A stretch of DNA of 64,000 nucleotides from a virus (lineage: Duplodnaviria; Caudoviricetes), in IMG/VR virus record IMGVR_UViG_2861773553_000003, positions 1 through 64,000 of that record. The stretch is one strand, 5' to 3'. Positions 8,814 to 18,004 of this stretch are shown piece after piece (positions within the stretch are counted from its first letter, which is position 1; each line of letters starts with the position of its first letter). A program made the translations under genes and the position numbers. Below the pieces are notes generated by a model. The model was given only the letters and a program-made list of their open reading frames with translations. It ran no database searches and had not been told where the DNA came from.

Positions 8814-10270
8814 GCACGCCCCTGGACGCCGCGCGGGCCGACGCCGCCGGGCATGAGCTGGCGGCGGCCCTGAACGGCCGCCCGCTCGTCATGGTCGAGC
8901 GCTTCACCGCCGCCGGGCGCACCGGCTACTGCGGACCGGCTCCGCTGCCGATGCTGCGGCCCGCGCTGAGCATCGGCTGCTACCGGTCCTGGGAGCCGGC
9001 CCAGCCCGAGGCCGTCATCGCCGCCGAGGACCTGAGCCGGGTGCGCTCACCCCAGACGCGGCGCGACTGGCTGAACCTGGTCCGCCACCCGGCCGCCGCG
9101 CTCCTGGGCGCGATGGAGCGCTCTGCCGTCATCGCCGCGTGGTACGGCATGCCGCTGCTGCGCGAGCTGGCCGGCCCGGCCGGGACGGTGGCGGCCACCG
9201 CCGGCGAGGTGCGCGCCCGCATCGAGGACAAGATCGCCTTCGACGCGGTCCTGCGCCAGGCCGGCGTGCCCGCGTCCGCGCGCATCCCCTGCGTCCACCT
9301 CGATCGCCTCCCGGCCCTGGCCGAGCTGCGCCGGGCCGTGGGAGGCGAGGTCGTCGTGGTTCAGGCCGCCGGGGTCAGCTCCGGCGGCCGCGGCACCGTC
9401 ATCGTGCGCGAGGCGGCCGACCTGGACCGCGCCGCCGCACTGCGCGGGCCGTACCGGGTGGCCGCCTATATCGACGGCTGGCCGTCCAACACCACGGTGC
9501 TGTCGATCCCTGACGATGACGGCATCCGGGTGTACGTGGACCGGCCCAGCCACAAGAGCGTCGGCGTGGCCGCGCTGGGCATCGGCGAGGCCAAGAGCGC
9601 GGGCAACGACTGGTCGTCGCCCTGGCCGGCGCCGGTGACCGTCCAGCTCATCGACTGCGCCGAGCGCATCGCCGCCTGGGCCTGGCGCGAGCACCGCGCC
9701 TGCGGCCTGTTCGGCCTGGACGCCCTGATCACCGAGGACGGCCGGGTCCACCTCAACGAGATCAACTGGCGCAACCAGGGCACCACCGAGGTGTCCGGCG
9801 TCAACCAGCAGCTTCGGGGATTGCCGCCGTTCCTGGCCGCGCACCTGATCTGCCAGCTCGGCGGCCGGGTCGGCGACTGGCTGGGCGACCCGGATGCGTT
9901 CAACCGCGCCACCGTCGCCCAGGCCGCCGCCGGCGGCGGCCCGTTCTACGTCAAGACCCGGTGGCGCGAAGCGTTCCCGGCCCGCATCGCCCGGGAGAAC
10001 CCCAGTGGCGTCTACCGACTGGAGGAGGACGGGCGGCTGCACTTTGTCCGGCCCGGCGCGCACCCGGCCGACGCCGCGCTCGACCACGGGCAGGTGCTGC
10101 TGGCCAACCTGCCCGCCCCCGACATCACCTGCTTGCCCGGCGCCGAGCTGTGCACCATCGAGGGACAGGCTCGCGTGAGACAGCCCTTCGACGGTCCCGA
10201 CTCGGCCTCGGAGCTCATCCAGCGCGTGCACGCGGCCGTGCACGCGCTGTTCACCCCCCACCCCCACTGA
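8810..10270 (+). CDS. ATP-grasp ligase
   Basis: IEDK, SSGGRGT, GLFGLDALI and LNEINWR motifs; GTGA overlap. Confidence 0.75.
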   Translation: MSTPLDAARADAAGHELAAALNGRPLVMVERFTAAGRTGYCGPAPLPMLRPALSIGCYRSWEPAQPEAVIAAEDLSRVRSPQTRRDWLNLVRHPAAALLGAMERSAVIAAWYGMPLLRELAGPAGTVAATAGEVRARIEDKIAFDAVLRQAGVPASARIPCVHLDRLPALAELRRAVGGEVVVVQAAGVSSGGRGTVIVREAADLDRAAALRGPYRVAAYIDGWPSNTTVLSIPDDDGIRVYVDRPSHKSVGVAALGIGEAKSAGNDWSSPWPAPVTVQLIDCAERIAAWAWREHRACGLFGLDALITEDGRVHLNEINWRNQGTTEVSGVNQQLRGLPPFLAAHLICQLGGRVGDWLGDPDAFNRATVAQAAAGGGPFYVKTRWREAFPARIARENPSGVYRLEEDGRLHFVRPGAHPADAALDHGQVLLANLPAPDITCLPGAELCTIEGQARVRQPFDGPDSASELIQRVHAAVHALFTPHPH

Positions 10271-10282
10271 GGAAGGTCACTC

Positions 10283-11983
10283 ATGCCCCTCGCCCCCGTG
10301 GCGGCCCTTCCGGCCGCCCCGCTCGACTCGGCGCTGCTGGACCAGCTGCGCACCTTGCCCGATGAGGCGTTCACCCGCCTGCAGTACCTCACGCCCGCCG
10401 CCGGCTGCGCCAACCGCTGCGCCTTCTGTAGCCAGGCCGCCGGCCGCGACATCTGGCAATTCACCGCGCCGGGCCTGACCGCCTTCACCCGCGCCTTCGC
10501 CGCCGTGGCGCGCGAGCGCGGGCTGCACATCGCCGGCGGCCGCGCCCACCGGCCCGGGGTGCTGTTCCCCTACCTGGACAACGACATCTTCAGCTACCCG
10601 CACCTGGACGTGCTGTGCGGCCTGGCCCGCGACGTGCTCGACGTGCGGCTGCGCGTCTCCTCGGTCGGCTTCTCCCGGCACAACGCGGACCTGGTGGCGA
10701 TGCACGCCCGGATCGCCGCCGAGCACGGCGCGGTGTTCGACGGGATCCGGCTCTCGCTCACGCCGTACACCATCGGCTGGACCGGGGCCGATCCCGGCAC
10801 CGACCGGTCCGAGTTCATCGCCGACTTCGCCCACGCCCTGGCCACCTACCGGCCGGTATTCGACCAGCTCGGCCACGGCCCGGCCACCGCCGCCGTGGAG
10901 ATGCGATTCGCGCCCCTGCTGGGCCTGGCCGAGCTGGTCGACACCGTGATGGCCGGGCGGCACGTGCTGGGCTGCGGCCCGCACCTGCTCATCGCCTGTG
11001 ACGAGCACGACGGGCAGGGCCTGCCGCTGACCGAGATCGCGCGGCTGGACGAGCGCACCCAGCCGGTGTTCACCGAGCCCGGCCGCCGTTACCTGCACCT
11101 GGTCGGCGACCATCTGGACGTCAGCCCGGCGACGGTGCGCGCGGCGCTGGCCGGGGAGTTGACGGTGCCGCACCGGGCCCGGCACGTGCAGCTGCACCGC
11201 TTCGCCAACGCCGCCGACGGCGACTACTACGCCGCCGACCCCGACTTCCACATCGACGGCACCTTCCGCGCCCTGCACCTGTACCCGGCGACCGAGACCC
11301 GCACCCGCTCGGGCTACACCGACGCCACCCGCTGGCTGCTCAACACGCTGCTCGCCTACAAGGCCGCGCATGACCTGGGACGCCGCGACCCGTTCGCGGC
11401 GGCCACGGCGGGCGACGTGGCCGCCGTCCTGGCCGACCTGGAGGCCACCGCCGCCGCGCTCGCCAGCGGCGTGGACGCACGCGCGGCCGACCACCTGACC
11501 CAGGTGGTCATCCCGATGGCCCGCGGCTACGCCCAGGCGCTGGAGTTGGCGGACTATCCGCCTGCGACGTTCTTCTCCCGCGACTTCTCGGTGGACACCG
11601 GGCAGATCGTCAACCAGGGCCGGGCCATGGGCCTGTTCCGGGGGCTGGTGAGCCTGGACGGCGAGCCGATGACGCCGCGTGAGGAGCGCGGCTTCGGCGC
11701 CGCGTCCCTGTCCAGCGTGCGCGGCCCGATCTGGCGCATCGCCCCCGTGCCGTACGCCGACGGGGGCCAGCTGGCGCCGGCCCTGGCCGGAGGCAAGAAC
11801 AGCGTCGCCGATCGACCCACCGTGGTGATCGAGGAGCTGGACCCCTGCCACCTGCGGCCCGTCATGCGCGGCAGCTGCACCCGGCTGCGCCGCTTCACCG
11901 TCACGGGCGTCGAGGTCGAGCGGGTGAGCCTGGCCCAGGCTCGCGCCGACCTGGGCCTGCCCGGCCTGCTCCCGGTCGCCTGA
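10283..11983 (+). CDS. Radical SAM protein with long uncharacterised C-terminal region
   Basis: N-terminal CxxxCxxC (GCANRCAFC); 566 aa. Confidence 0.75.
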   Translation: MPLAPVAALPAAPLDSALLDQLRTLPDEAFTRLQYLTPAAGCANRCAFCSQAAGRDIWQFTAPGLTAFTRAFAAVARERGLHIAGGRAHRPGVLFPYLDNDIFSYPHLDVLCGLARDVLDVRLRVSSVGFSRHNADLVAMHARIAAEHGAVFDGIRLSLTPYTIGWTGADPGTDRSEFIADFAHALATYRPVFDQLGHGPATAAVEMRFAPLLGLAELVDTVMAGRHVLGCGPHLLIACDEHDGQGLPLTEIARLDERTQPVFTEPGRRYLHLVGDHLDVSPATVRAALAGELTVPHRARHVQLHRFANAADGDYYAADPDFHIDGTFRALHLYPATETRTRSGYTDATRWLLNTLLAYKAAHDLGRRDPFAAATAGDVAAVLADLEATAAALASGVDARAADHLTQVVIPMARGYAQALELADYPPATFFSRDFSVDTGQIVNQGRAMGLFRGLVSLDGEPMTPREERGFGAASLSSVRGPIWRIAPVPYADGGQLAPALAGGKNSVADRPTVVIEELDPCHLRPVMRGSCTRLRRFTVTGVEVERVSLAQARADLGLPGLLPVA

Positions 11984-12055
11984 GACTGGTCCCGGCGCGG
12001 GCGGCGATCACCGATTCACCCGCGATCGCCGCCCGCGCCGGGAATACTGCCCTGC

Positions 12056-12583
12056 ATGAGCCAGCCAGAGCCGTTCTCCCGTATCAAGATCCGGGTCGGC
12101 GCCGTGGTGTTCTGCGGCGACGACGTCGCGCTCATCCGCCGCGACCGACCCACCGGCAGCCACTACACCCCGCCGGGGGGCAACGTCCGCGCCGGCGAGC
12201 CCCTGCCCGATGCCCTGGCCCGGGAGATGTCCGAGGAGCTGCACTTAGACCTGGCCGAGGCCAGCGCGCCCGAGCTGGCCTGGATCTGCGACCAGATGGT
12301 CTCCCGGCCCGGCCCCACCCCGCCGCCCCGCAAGATCCACATGATCTTCCGGTGTCACATCACGCCACAGGTGCGCCAGGGGCTGGCCACCGTGGAGTAC
12401 GACGCCCAGCCCGACGGCTCGGCCGAGCCGGGCGTCATCGAGTGGGTGGACTACCGCAAGGCGGACCGGCTGCCGTTGTTCCCGCTGGTCGGCCAGGCCC
12501 TTGCGGCTCTTGCCCACCCCCGGGCCCCGATCGACGCCGTTCTCCTGCCGGCCGCGACGGATGCGACCTACACCTGGCGCTGA
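12056..12583 (+). CDS. NUDIX hydrolase
   Basis: Nudix box PGGNVRAGEPLPDALAREMSEEL. Confidence 0.85.
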   Translation: MSQPEPFSRIKIRVGAVVFCGDDVALIRRDRPTGSHYTPPGGNVRAGEPLPDALAREMSEELHLDLAEASAPELAWICDQMVSRPGPTPPPRKIHMIFRCHITPQVRQGLATVEYDAQPDGSAEPGVIEWVDYRKADRLPLFPLVGQALAALAHPRAPIDAVLLPAATDATYTWR

Positions 12584-12625
12584 CCGCGTTCCCCTGACCG
12601 CGTTCCCCTGACCGCGTTCCCCTGA
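12580..12625 (+). repeat. 14-bp tandem repeat CTGACCGCGTTCCC x3.3
   Basis: Exact units at 12580, 12594 and 12608; the first overlaps the NUDIX stop codon. Confidence 0.9.
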
Positions 12626-12784
12626 GGGCGAAACTCCCATATCGGAAGTCACGCCCCCCTAGAGTGCTATCGCCGGGACGCGGCACGCCCCTTGCGATCC
12701 TGGGCCCCTCGCAGTCCTCATTCTGAGAACGCGCGGCCCCGTTCCGGCTCCAACGAGCACGGCAGGGCGAAGGAGGACACCCGC

Positions 12785-14023
12785 GTGGCGCGGTGGTGGA
12801 TGGGGATCGACTGGGCCGAGGGCCTGCACGATGTGGCGGTCGTGGACGAGGACGGCCAGGTGGTGGCGCGGGCCCGCATCCGCGAGACCCCCGAGGGGGT
12901 CAAGGAGCTGCTGGCGCTGCTGTCGGGGCTGAGCACCTCCAAACGCCACTCCCGCCGCCAGGTGCCCATCGCGATCGAGACCAGTCGCATCCTGCTGGTG
13001 CACGCCCTGCGCCAGGCCGGCCTGCAGGTCGTGGCGATCAATCCCATGGTCGTCGCCCGATACCGGGGGCGGGTGTCCCCGGCCCGGCGGCGCAAGAGCG
13101 ACCGGGGCGACGCCGAGCTGCTGGCCAACATCATCCGGGTCGACGCCCACCTGCACCGGCCGCTGCCCCGGCCGGGGCTCCAGGCCCAGGTGGTCACCGA
13201 GCTGTCGCGGGCTCAGCGGCACGCGGTGCGCGAGCAGCACCGGCAGCTGGGACGGCTGCGCAGCCTGGTGCGCCTGTACTACCCGGCGGCGTTGTCGGCC
13301 TTCGACGGACGGTCGGGGCTGCTGCGTCCCGAGGCCCGCGCGCTGCTGGCGGCCGCGCCCACGCCGCGCGCCGGGGCCCGGCTGCGGCACCGGCAGATCG
13401 CCGACCTGCTTGTGGCGGCCGGGCGCACCCGCCTGATCGACGAGCAGGCCGCGCGCATCGGGGAGCGGCTGCGCACGCCGCAGTTGCGCCGCGCGCCCGA
13501 GATCGAGGCGGCGATGGGCGAGGCGATGCTGGCCACGCTGGCGCTGACCACCCAGGCGTGCGCGCAGGTGGAGCAGCTGACCGCGCAGATGACGAGCGCG
13601 TTCGAGGCGCATCCGCACGCGCCCCTATATCGCAGCATGCCGGGGGTGGGGCCGGTGATCGGGGCGCGGCTGCTCGGCGAGATCGGTGATGATCTGGACC
13701 GGTTCGCCTCGGCCCGGTCGTTGCGGGCCTACGCCGGGGCGGCGCCGCTGACGTGGGCCAGCGGGAGCACCAGGACGGTGCGGGCGCGCCGCTTCGCGCT
13801 CAACGGGCTGCTGCGGGAGTCCGGGCACCACTGGGCGTTCGCGTCGCTGACCCGGTCGGTGGGAGCGCGGGCGTACTACGACCGGCGGCGGGAGGCGGGG
13901 GACGGGTTCGCCGCCGCGCTGCGCCGCCTGGCCGGGCGGTTGCTGACGTGCCTGTACGGGTGCCTGCGGACGGGGGTCTGCTACCGGGAGGAGATCGCCT
14001 TCCCCTCGATCGCGGCGGCCTGA
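12785..14023 (+). mobile_element. IS110-family transposase/recombinase
   Basis: DEDD motifs GIDWA, IAIET, KSDRGDA; MPGVG; AGAAPLTWASG catalytic-serine motif; AGGAGG SD; element ends not defined. Confidence 0.9.
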
Positions 14024-14330
14024 GTCGGGGGCCTGCGAGCGGGCGGCCGGGGAACACACCTGAGTATCACCCAGGGCGGCGTCGAGCCCTGACGTGGGAT
14101 TGGTGCCCCGGCCGCCGCACGGCTCTCCCGCACTTGTTTGGGCACGTATCAGTCTGTTGCGTATTCGCACGATCTATGCGATACTGGACGTAGCGCGCTC
14201 TTTCTGTGCGCGCGATCATGATCATGGACAGCGTGTCCACTCCGCCGTCCACCCTCCCGGGACCCCCGTCCCGGCTCCCCCTCGGGCGCACGACACCGCG
14301 CCCACCCCCCCGTCGCGAGAGGCACACCCC

Positions 14331-15068
14331 ATGGGCCTGCTGCGTCACCGTGTCCAGACCGCCCTGCTCCAGCTCAACCACCCCACCGACCGCGAGATCG
14401 TCGAGACCGCCGCGTGGGGCGCCACCAGCGTCCTGCACCCGGCCGACCTGCCCCACCAGAGCCGCCTGTACCAGAGGGTCCGCCAGGCCGCCCACGCCGC
14501 CCACGCCCGCGCCCGCGTCCCGGCCGTGCACGGCACCCCCACCCCCGCCGACCTCGGCGCCGAGGCCGCCGACGCCGCCACCCGCGTGATGACCGAGCGC
14601 CTGGCCGACCACCGCGGACTGCTCGCCCGCGCCGCCGTCTCCACCATGCGCGTCTTCCACGGGCCCATCTGGGCCTTCAGCGATCAGCGGCTGTGGCTGC
14701 TGGCCGGATACGTCGCCGACCTGGCCGGCGGCACCTGGCTGCTCACCGACCCCGAAGGGCGCGGCTGCTGGGACCGCGACTACCCGCTGGCCTCACTCCC
14801 GGACGGCACCCCCGTCACGCCGCCGTACCAGTACGGGCCCAACGACGACAGCTACGTCAGCGACCAGCCCGCCGCCCCGACCGCGTACCTGCTCGCCGAC
14901 GACGGCGACCACCCGGCCGAGACCACCGAGCTGTACGGCCACCGCGTCATCCACACCGAGCTGCGCGCCATCCGGCTGCTCGACCTGGAGCCCAGTCACC
15001 CGCTGATGGGTGCCGGCTGGCCGCTGGAGGACCTGGACCGGGCCGCGCGCATGTTCCCGTCGAATTGA
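14331..15068 (+). CDS. Paralogue array member 1 (extra N-terminal domain)
   Basis: C-terminal LAGYVADLAGGTW...YLLAD...GHRVIH..RAIRLL shared with the downstream genes. Confidence 0.7.
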   Translation: MGLLRHRVQTALLQLNHPTDREIVETAAWGATSVLHPADLPHQSRLYQRVRQAAHAAHARARVPAVHGTPTPADLGAEAADAATRVMTERLADHRGLLARAAVSTMRVFHGPIWAFSDQRLWLLAGYVADLAGGTWLLTDPEGRGCWDRDYPLASLPDGTPVTPPYQYGPNDDSYVSDQPAAPTAYLLADDGDHPAETTELYGHRVIHTELRAIRLLDLEPSHPLMGAGWPLEDLDRAARMFPSN

Positions 15069-15136
15069 CAGACCTCCACGGCACAATAGCCGCACGCAAC
15101 GTCGCGTTCGGCGGTCCCTCCCCCGAAAGGATCACC

Positions 15137-15550
15137 ATGCCCCTCACCGTCACCCCCGACCCGACCCTGCGCGGCGAGGCCCTGTACCGCGCCGCCCTCA
15201 AGCACATCGCCCGCCACCCCGACGCCTGGGACCAGTACGTCTACCGCGTCGAGAAGGAGTCCGGCGTCGCCATGTGCCTGGCGGGGTGGGCGGCCACCCT
15301 GGCCGGCGGCACCTGGGCCGATCTCGACTTCTATGGGCGCGTCTGGCTGCACGCCGAGCCGGAGGACGACCCCCATGACATCGCCGAGGCGGGAGACCTG
15401 CGCCTCGTCAACGTCCACGAGCGGGCCAGGCGCCTGCTCGGCCTGACCGCGACTCAGGCCGAGCAGGCGTTCAGCGGGTGGAACACCTGGGAGGACCTGG
15501 CCCACCTGGCCGACGCCTACTACGGGCCGAGCCGTACCGCCCGGGACTGA
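15137..15550 (+). CDS. Paralogue array member 2
   Basis: LRGEAL..HIARHPDAWDQ..MCLAGWAATLAGGTW; AAAGGA SD. Confidence 0.75.
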   Translation: MPLTVTPDPTLRGEALYRAALKHIARHPDAWDQYVYRVEKESGVAMCLAGWAATLAGGTWADLDFYGRVWLHAEPEDDPHDIAEAGDLRLVNVHERARRLLGLTATQAEQAFSGWNTWEDLAHLADAYYGPSRTARD

Positions 15551-15555
15551 CGGCC

Positions 15556-15912
15556 ATGCCCGTCTACCATCTGGACCCGCTCACCGGCGGCATCAAGGTC
15601 CACGCCCCGGGCCAGCGCGCACGCACGCTCAAGTGGGGCCTGTGCGGGGAGCGCACCCGCCGCGTCGTGGACCTCCTCAACGAGTCCGCCGACCACGGCG
15701 CGCAGCACGGGCTGGCCGCCGACGGCCTGCCCTGGATGACCTACGAAGCCTCCGGCGACCAGGTGCGCGCCCGTGTCGGCGGCGGCGCCCCCGACGTGAT
15801 CGCCCAAAACCTGGAGCTCTGGCTGGCCGTGAGCCTGGCCCACGAGCTCACCCGCGCCTACGCGGCGGCCGCGGCGGCCGCCGCCACCTCATCGGAATGG
15901 AGCCTGCCATGA
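15556..15912 (+). CDS. Hypothetical protein inserted in the array
   Basis: GC3-biased frame; coupled to its neighbours; lacks the array motif. Confidence 0.65.
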   Translation: MPVYHLDPLTGGIKVHAPGQRARTLKWGLCGERTRRVVDLLNESADHGAQHGLAADGLPWMTYEASGDQVRARVGGGAPDVIAQNLELWLAVSLAHELTRAYAAAAAAAATSSEWSLP

Positions 15913-16376
15913 CCACACCCACCCTCGCCCCTGTATCGTCGCCGCCGCTGCGCGGCCACGCCCTGGCCCTGGCCACGCTGGAGGCCATCCGCGCCAACCC
16001 CGAGGAGTTCGACCCCGCCGTCTGGCGGGACACGTACTCCAAGTGCTTCGCCGGCTGGGCGTGTGACCTCGCCGGGGGCCGCTGGCTCGTCGTCCCCGAC
16101 GAGGACGGCGAGCTGTACCTCCCGAACGGGGGCTGGACCGACGACGAGGAGGCGCTGGGCTACCTGCTGGCCGACGAGATCGACCCGCCCGACCTCGTCA
16201 CCGAGCGGGAGGGCCACCGGGTGGTCCACATCATGGATCGCGCCCCGCTCGTGCTGGGCCTCGACCCGAGCTCCGTCCACCTGTCGTCGGGCACGCGCCT
16301 GTTCCACCGGGACAACACGCCCGACACGCTCGCCCGCCTGATCGAGGCGGCCTACGACGGGGGGTCGGACGCATGA
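15909..16376 (+). CDS. Paralogue array member 3
   Basis: LRGHALA..IRANPEEFDP..CFAGWACDLAGGRW; ATGA overlap. Confidence 0.8.
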   Translation: MTTPTLAPVSSPPLRGHALALATLEAIRANPEEFDPAVWRDTYSKCFAGWACDLAGGRWLVVPDEDGELYLPNGGWTDDEEALGYLLADEIDPPDLVTEREGHRVVHIMDRAPLVLGLDPSSVHLSSGTRLFHRDNTPDTLARLIEAAYDGGSDA

Positions 16377-16828
16377 CCGGCACCCCGCTGCGCGGGCATG
16401 CCCTGGCACTGGCCGCACTGGAGGCCATCCGCGAGGACCCCGGCGGATTCGACCCCACCTCCTGGCGGTGCGGCTCGACGATGTGCTTCGGCGGCTGGGC
16501 CGCCACGCTCGCCGGGGGCCGCTGGCTGGTCACCCCCGATGAGGACGGCGACCTGCGACTGCTGCCCAACGGGGAATACGCGAGCGGCGCGAGCTTCTAC
16601 GCGCAGCACCTCCTGCTGGCCGACTCGGAGATCGACCCGGAGAGGTACATCACCTCCGAGTACGGCTATCGGGTCATCCACGTTGGCGAGCGGGCCGCGA
16701 TCACGCTGGGCCTCGACCCCGATCTCGACCACGTGTACGAGGCGTCGCGCCTGTTCCACCCCGACAACACGTTCTGGACGCTCGCCCGCCTGATCGAGGC
16801 GGCCTACACCGAGAGGGCTGAGGCGTGA
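16373..16828 (+). CDS. Paralogue array member 4
   Basis: LRGHALA..FDPTSWRCGSTMCFGGWAATLAGGRW. Confidence 0.8.
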   Translation: MTGTPLRGHALALAALEAIREDPGGFDPTSWRCGSTMCFGGWAATLAGGRWLVTPDEDGDLRLLPNGEYASGASFYAQHLLLADSEIDPERYITSEYGYRVIHVGERAAITLGLDPDLDHVYEASRLFHPDNTFWTLARLIEAAYTERAEA

Positions 16829-17268
16829 GCACCACCGAACTGCGCGGACGCGCCCTGGCCGAGGCCACCCTGGAGGCCATCCGCCGGGAGCCGCACCGCT
16901 TCGACCCCACCGCCTGGCGCTACGACGCCACGATGTGCTTCGGCGCCTGGGCCGCCGACCTCGCGGGCGGCCGCTGGCTGGCCACCCCTGATGACCACGG
17001 TGTGCTCTGCCTGCCCGACGGCCGCAGGGCGATGAGCTTCGAGTCGTCCCTGCTGCTGGCCGAGCCCGCGATCGACCCGCCCGTCTGGATCACCCACTGG
17101 GAGGGCCACCCGGTCGTCCACGTGCAGCGGCGCGCCGCGCTGCTGCTGCATCTCAATCCCGCCGTCTGCCACATGCAGGGGGGCACGTTGCTGTTCGGGG
17201 ACCGCAACACGCCCGACACGCTCGCCGGCCTGATCGAGGCGGCCTACGACGGGGGGTCGGACGCATGA
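16825..17268 (+). CDS. Paralogue array member 5
   Basis: LRGRALA..FDPTAWR..MCFGAWAADLAGGRW. Confidence 0.8.
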   Translation: MSTTELRGRALAEATLEAIRREPHRFDPTAWRYDATMCFGAWAADLAGGRWLATPDDHGVLCLPDGRRAMSFESSLLLAEPAIDPPVWITHWEGHPVVHVQRRAALLLHLNPAVCHMQGGTLLFGDRNTPDTLAGLIEAAYDGGSDA

Positions 17269-17735
17269 CCGGCACCCCGCTGCGCGGCCCCGCCCTGGCG
17301 GTGGCCGCCATCACCCACATCGCCCACAACCCCGACACCTGGGACCAGAACGACTGGCGCTGCCGGACCTCGATGTGCCTGGCCGGGCACATCGCCGAGC
17401 TCAGCGGAGGCCGCTGGCTGGCGCACTGGGACCCCGATCGCTCCGGCTGGTACGTCGGCTCCGAGCGGCTCGACTTCTTCCGGGAGGCCTTGCCGTACGG
17501 CCCCCTGGCGTACCTGCACGCCGAACCGGACGACAGCCCGGACCACATCCGCCGCTACGAAGACATCCCGGTGGTGTCCGTGCCGGACCGCGCCAACCGC
17601 CTGCTGGGGCGCACCGACCACGGCCTGTTCGATGCCGATCTCGACCTGTACATGCTGTGGTACATGATCGGCGAGCTGTGGCCCGAGGAGGTGCCCGACG
17701 GGCCCCTGCCCGGCCCGCCGCCCCCGCTGTCGTAG
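17265..17735 (+). CDS. Paralogue array member 6
   Basis: LRGPALA..NPDTWDQNDWRCRTSMCLAGHIAELSGGRW. Confidence 0.8.
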   Translation: MTGTPLRGPALAVAAITHIAHNPDTWDQNDWRCRTSMCLAGHIAELSGGRWLAHWDPDRSGWYVGSERLDFFREALPYGPLAYLHAEPDDSPDHIRRYEDIPVVSVPDRANRLLGRTDHGLFDADLDLYMLWYMIGELWPEEVPDGPLPGPPPPLS

Positions 17736-18004
17736 GGGCCGTATCCCGCACCTCAGCGCATCTCACGTGGCTCCGTCCCCAGACCTCGGGGGCAGGGACG
17801 GAGCCACCCATCGCGGCCGGCCGACACGGGGTCCCGGGACCCGAACTCGTCCCGGGGTCGGCGGCCGTCGCGAGGCTGCGACGCGGACCTGGGTGGGGGA
17901 CCCGTCCGCGCCGCAGCCTCGCCCCCCACGCTCCTCCGCACCCCCCTGACGGGAGAGGACATGGATCTACGTACGAGCGGCCGCCACCCCGCGGCCGCGC
18001 GGCC

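Noticed and set aside
10873-10884. 12-nt match (CCACGGCCCGGC) between the CRISPR spacer and the radical SAM gene
   Set aside because: Too short and GC-rich to exceed chance, and it covers only the 3' end of the spacer
14331-17735. Diversity-generating retroelement or shufflon explaining the paralogue array
   Set aside because: No reverse transcriptase, no adenine-specific template/variable repeat pair, and no invertase or inverted sites seen
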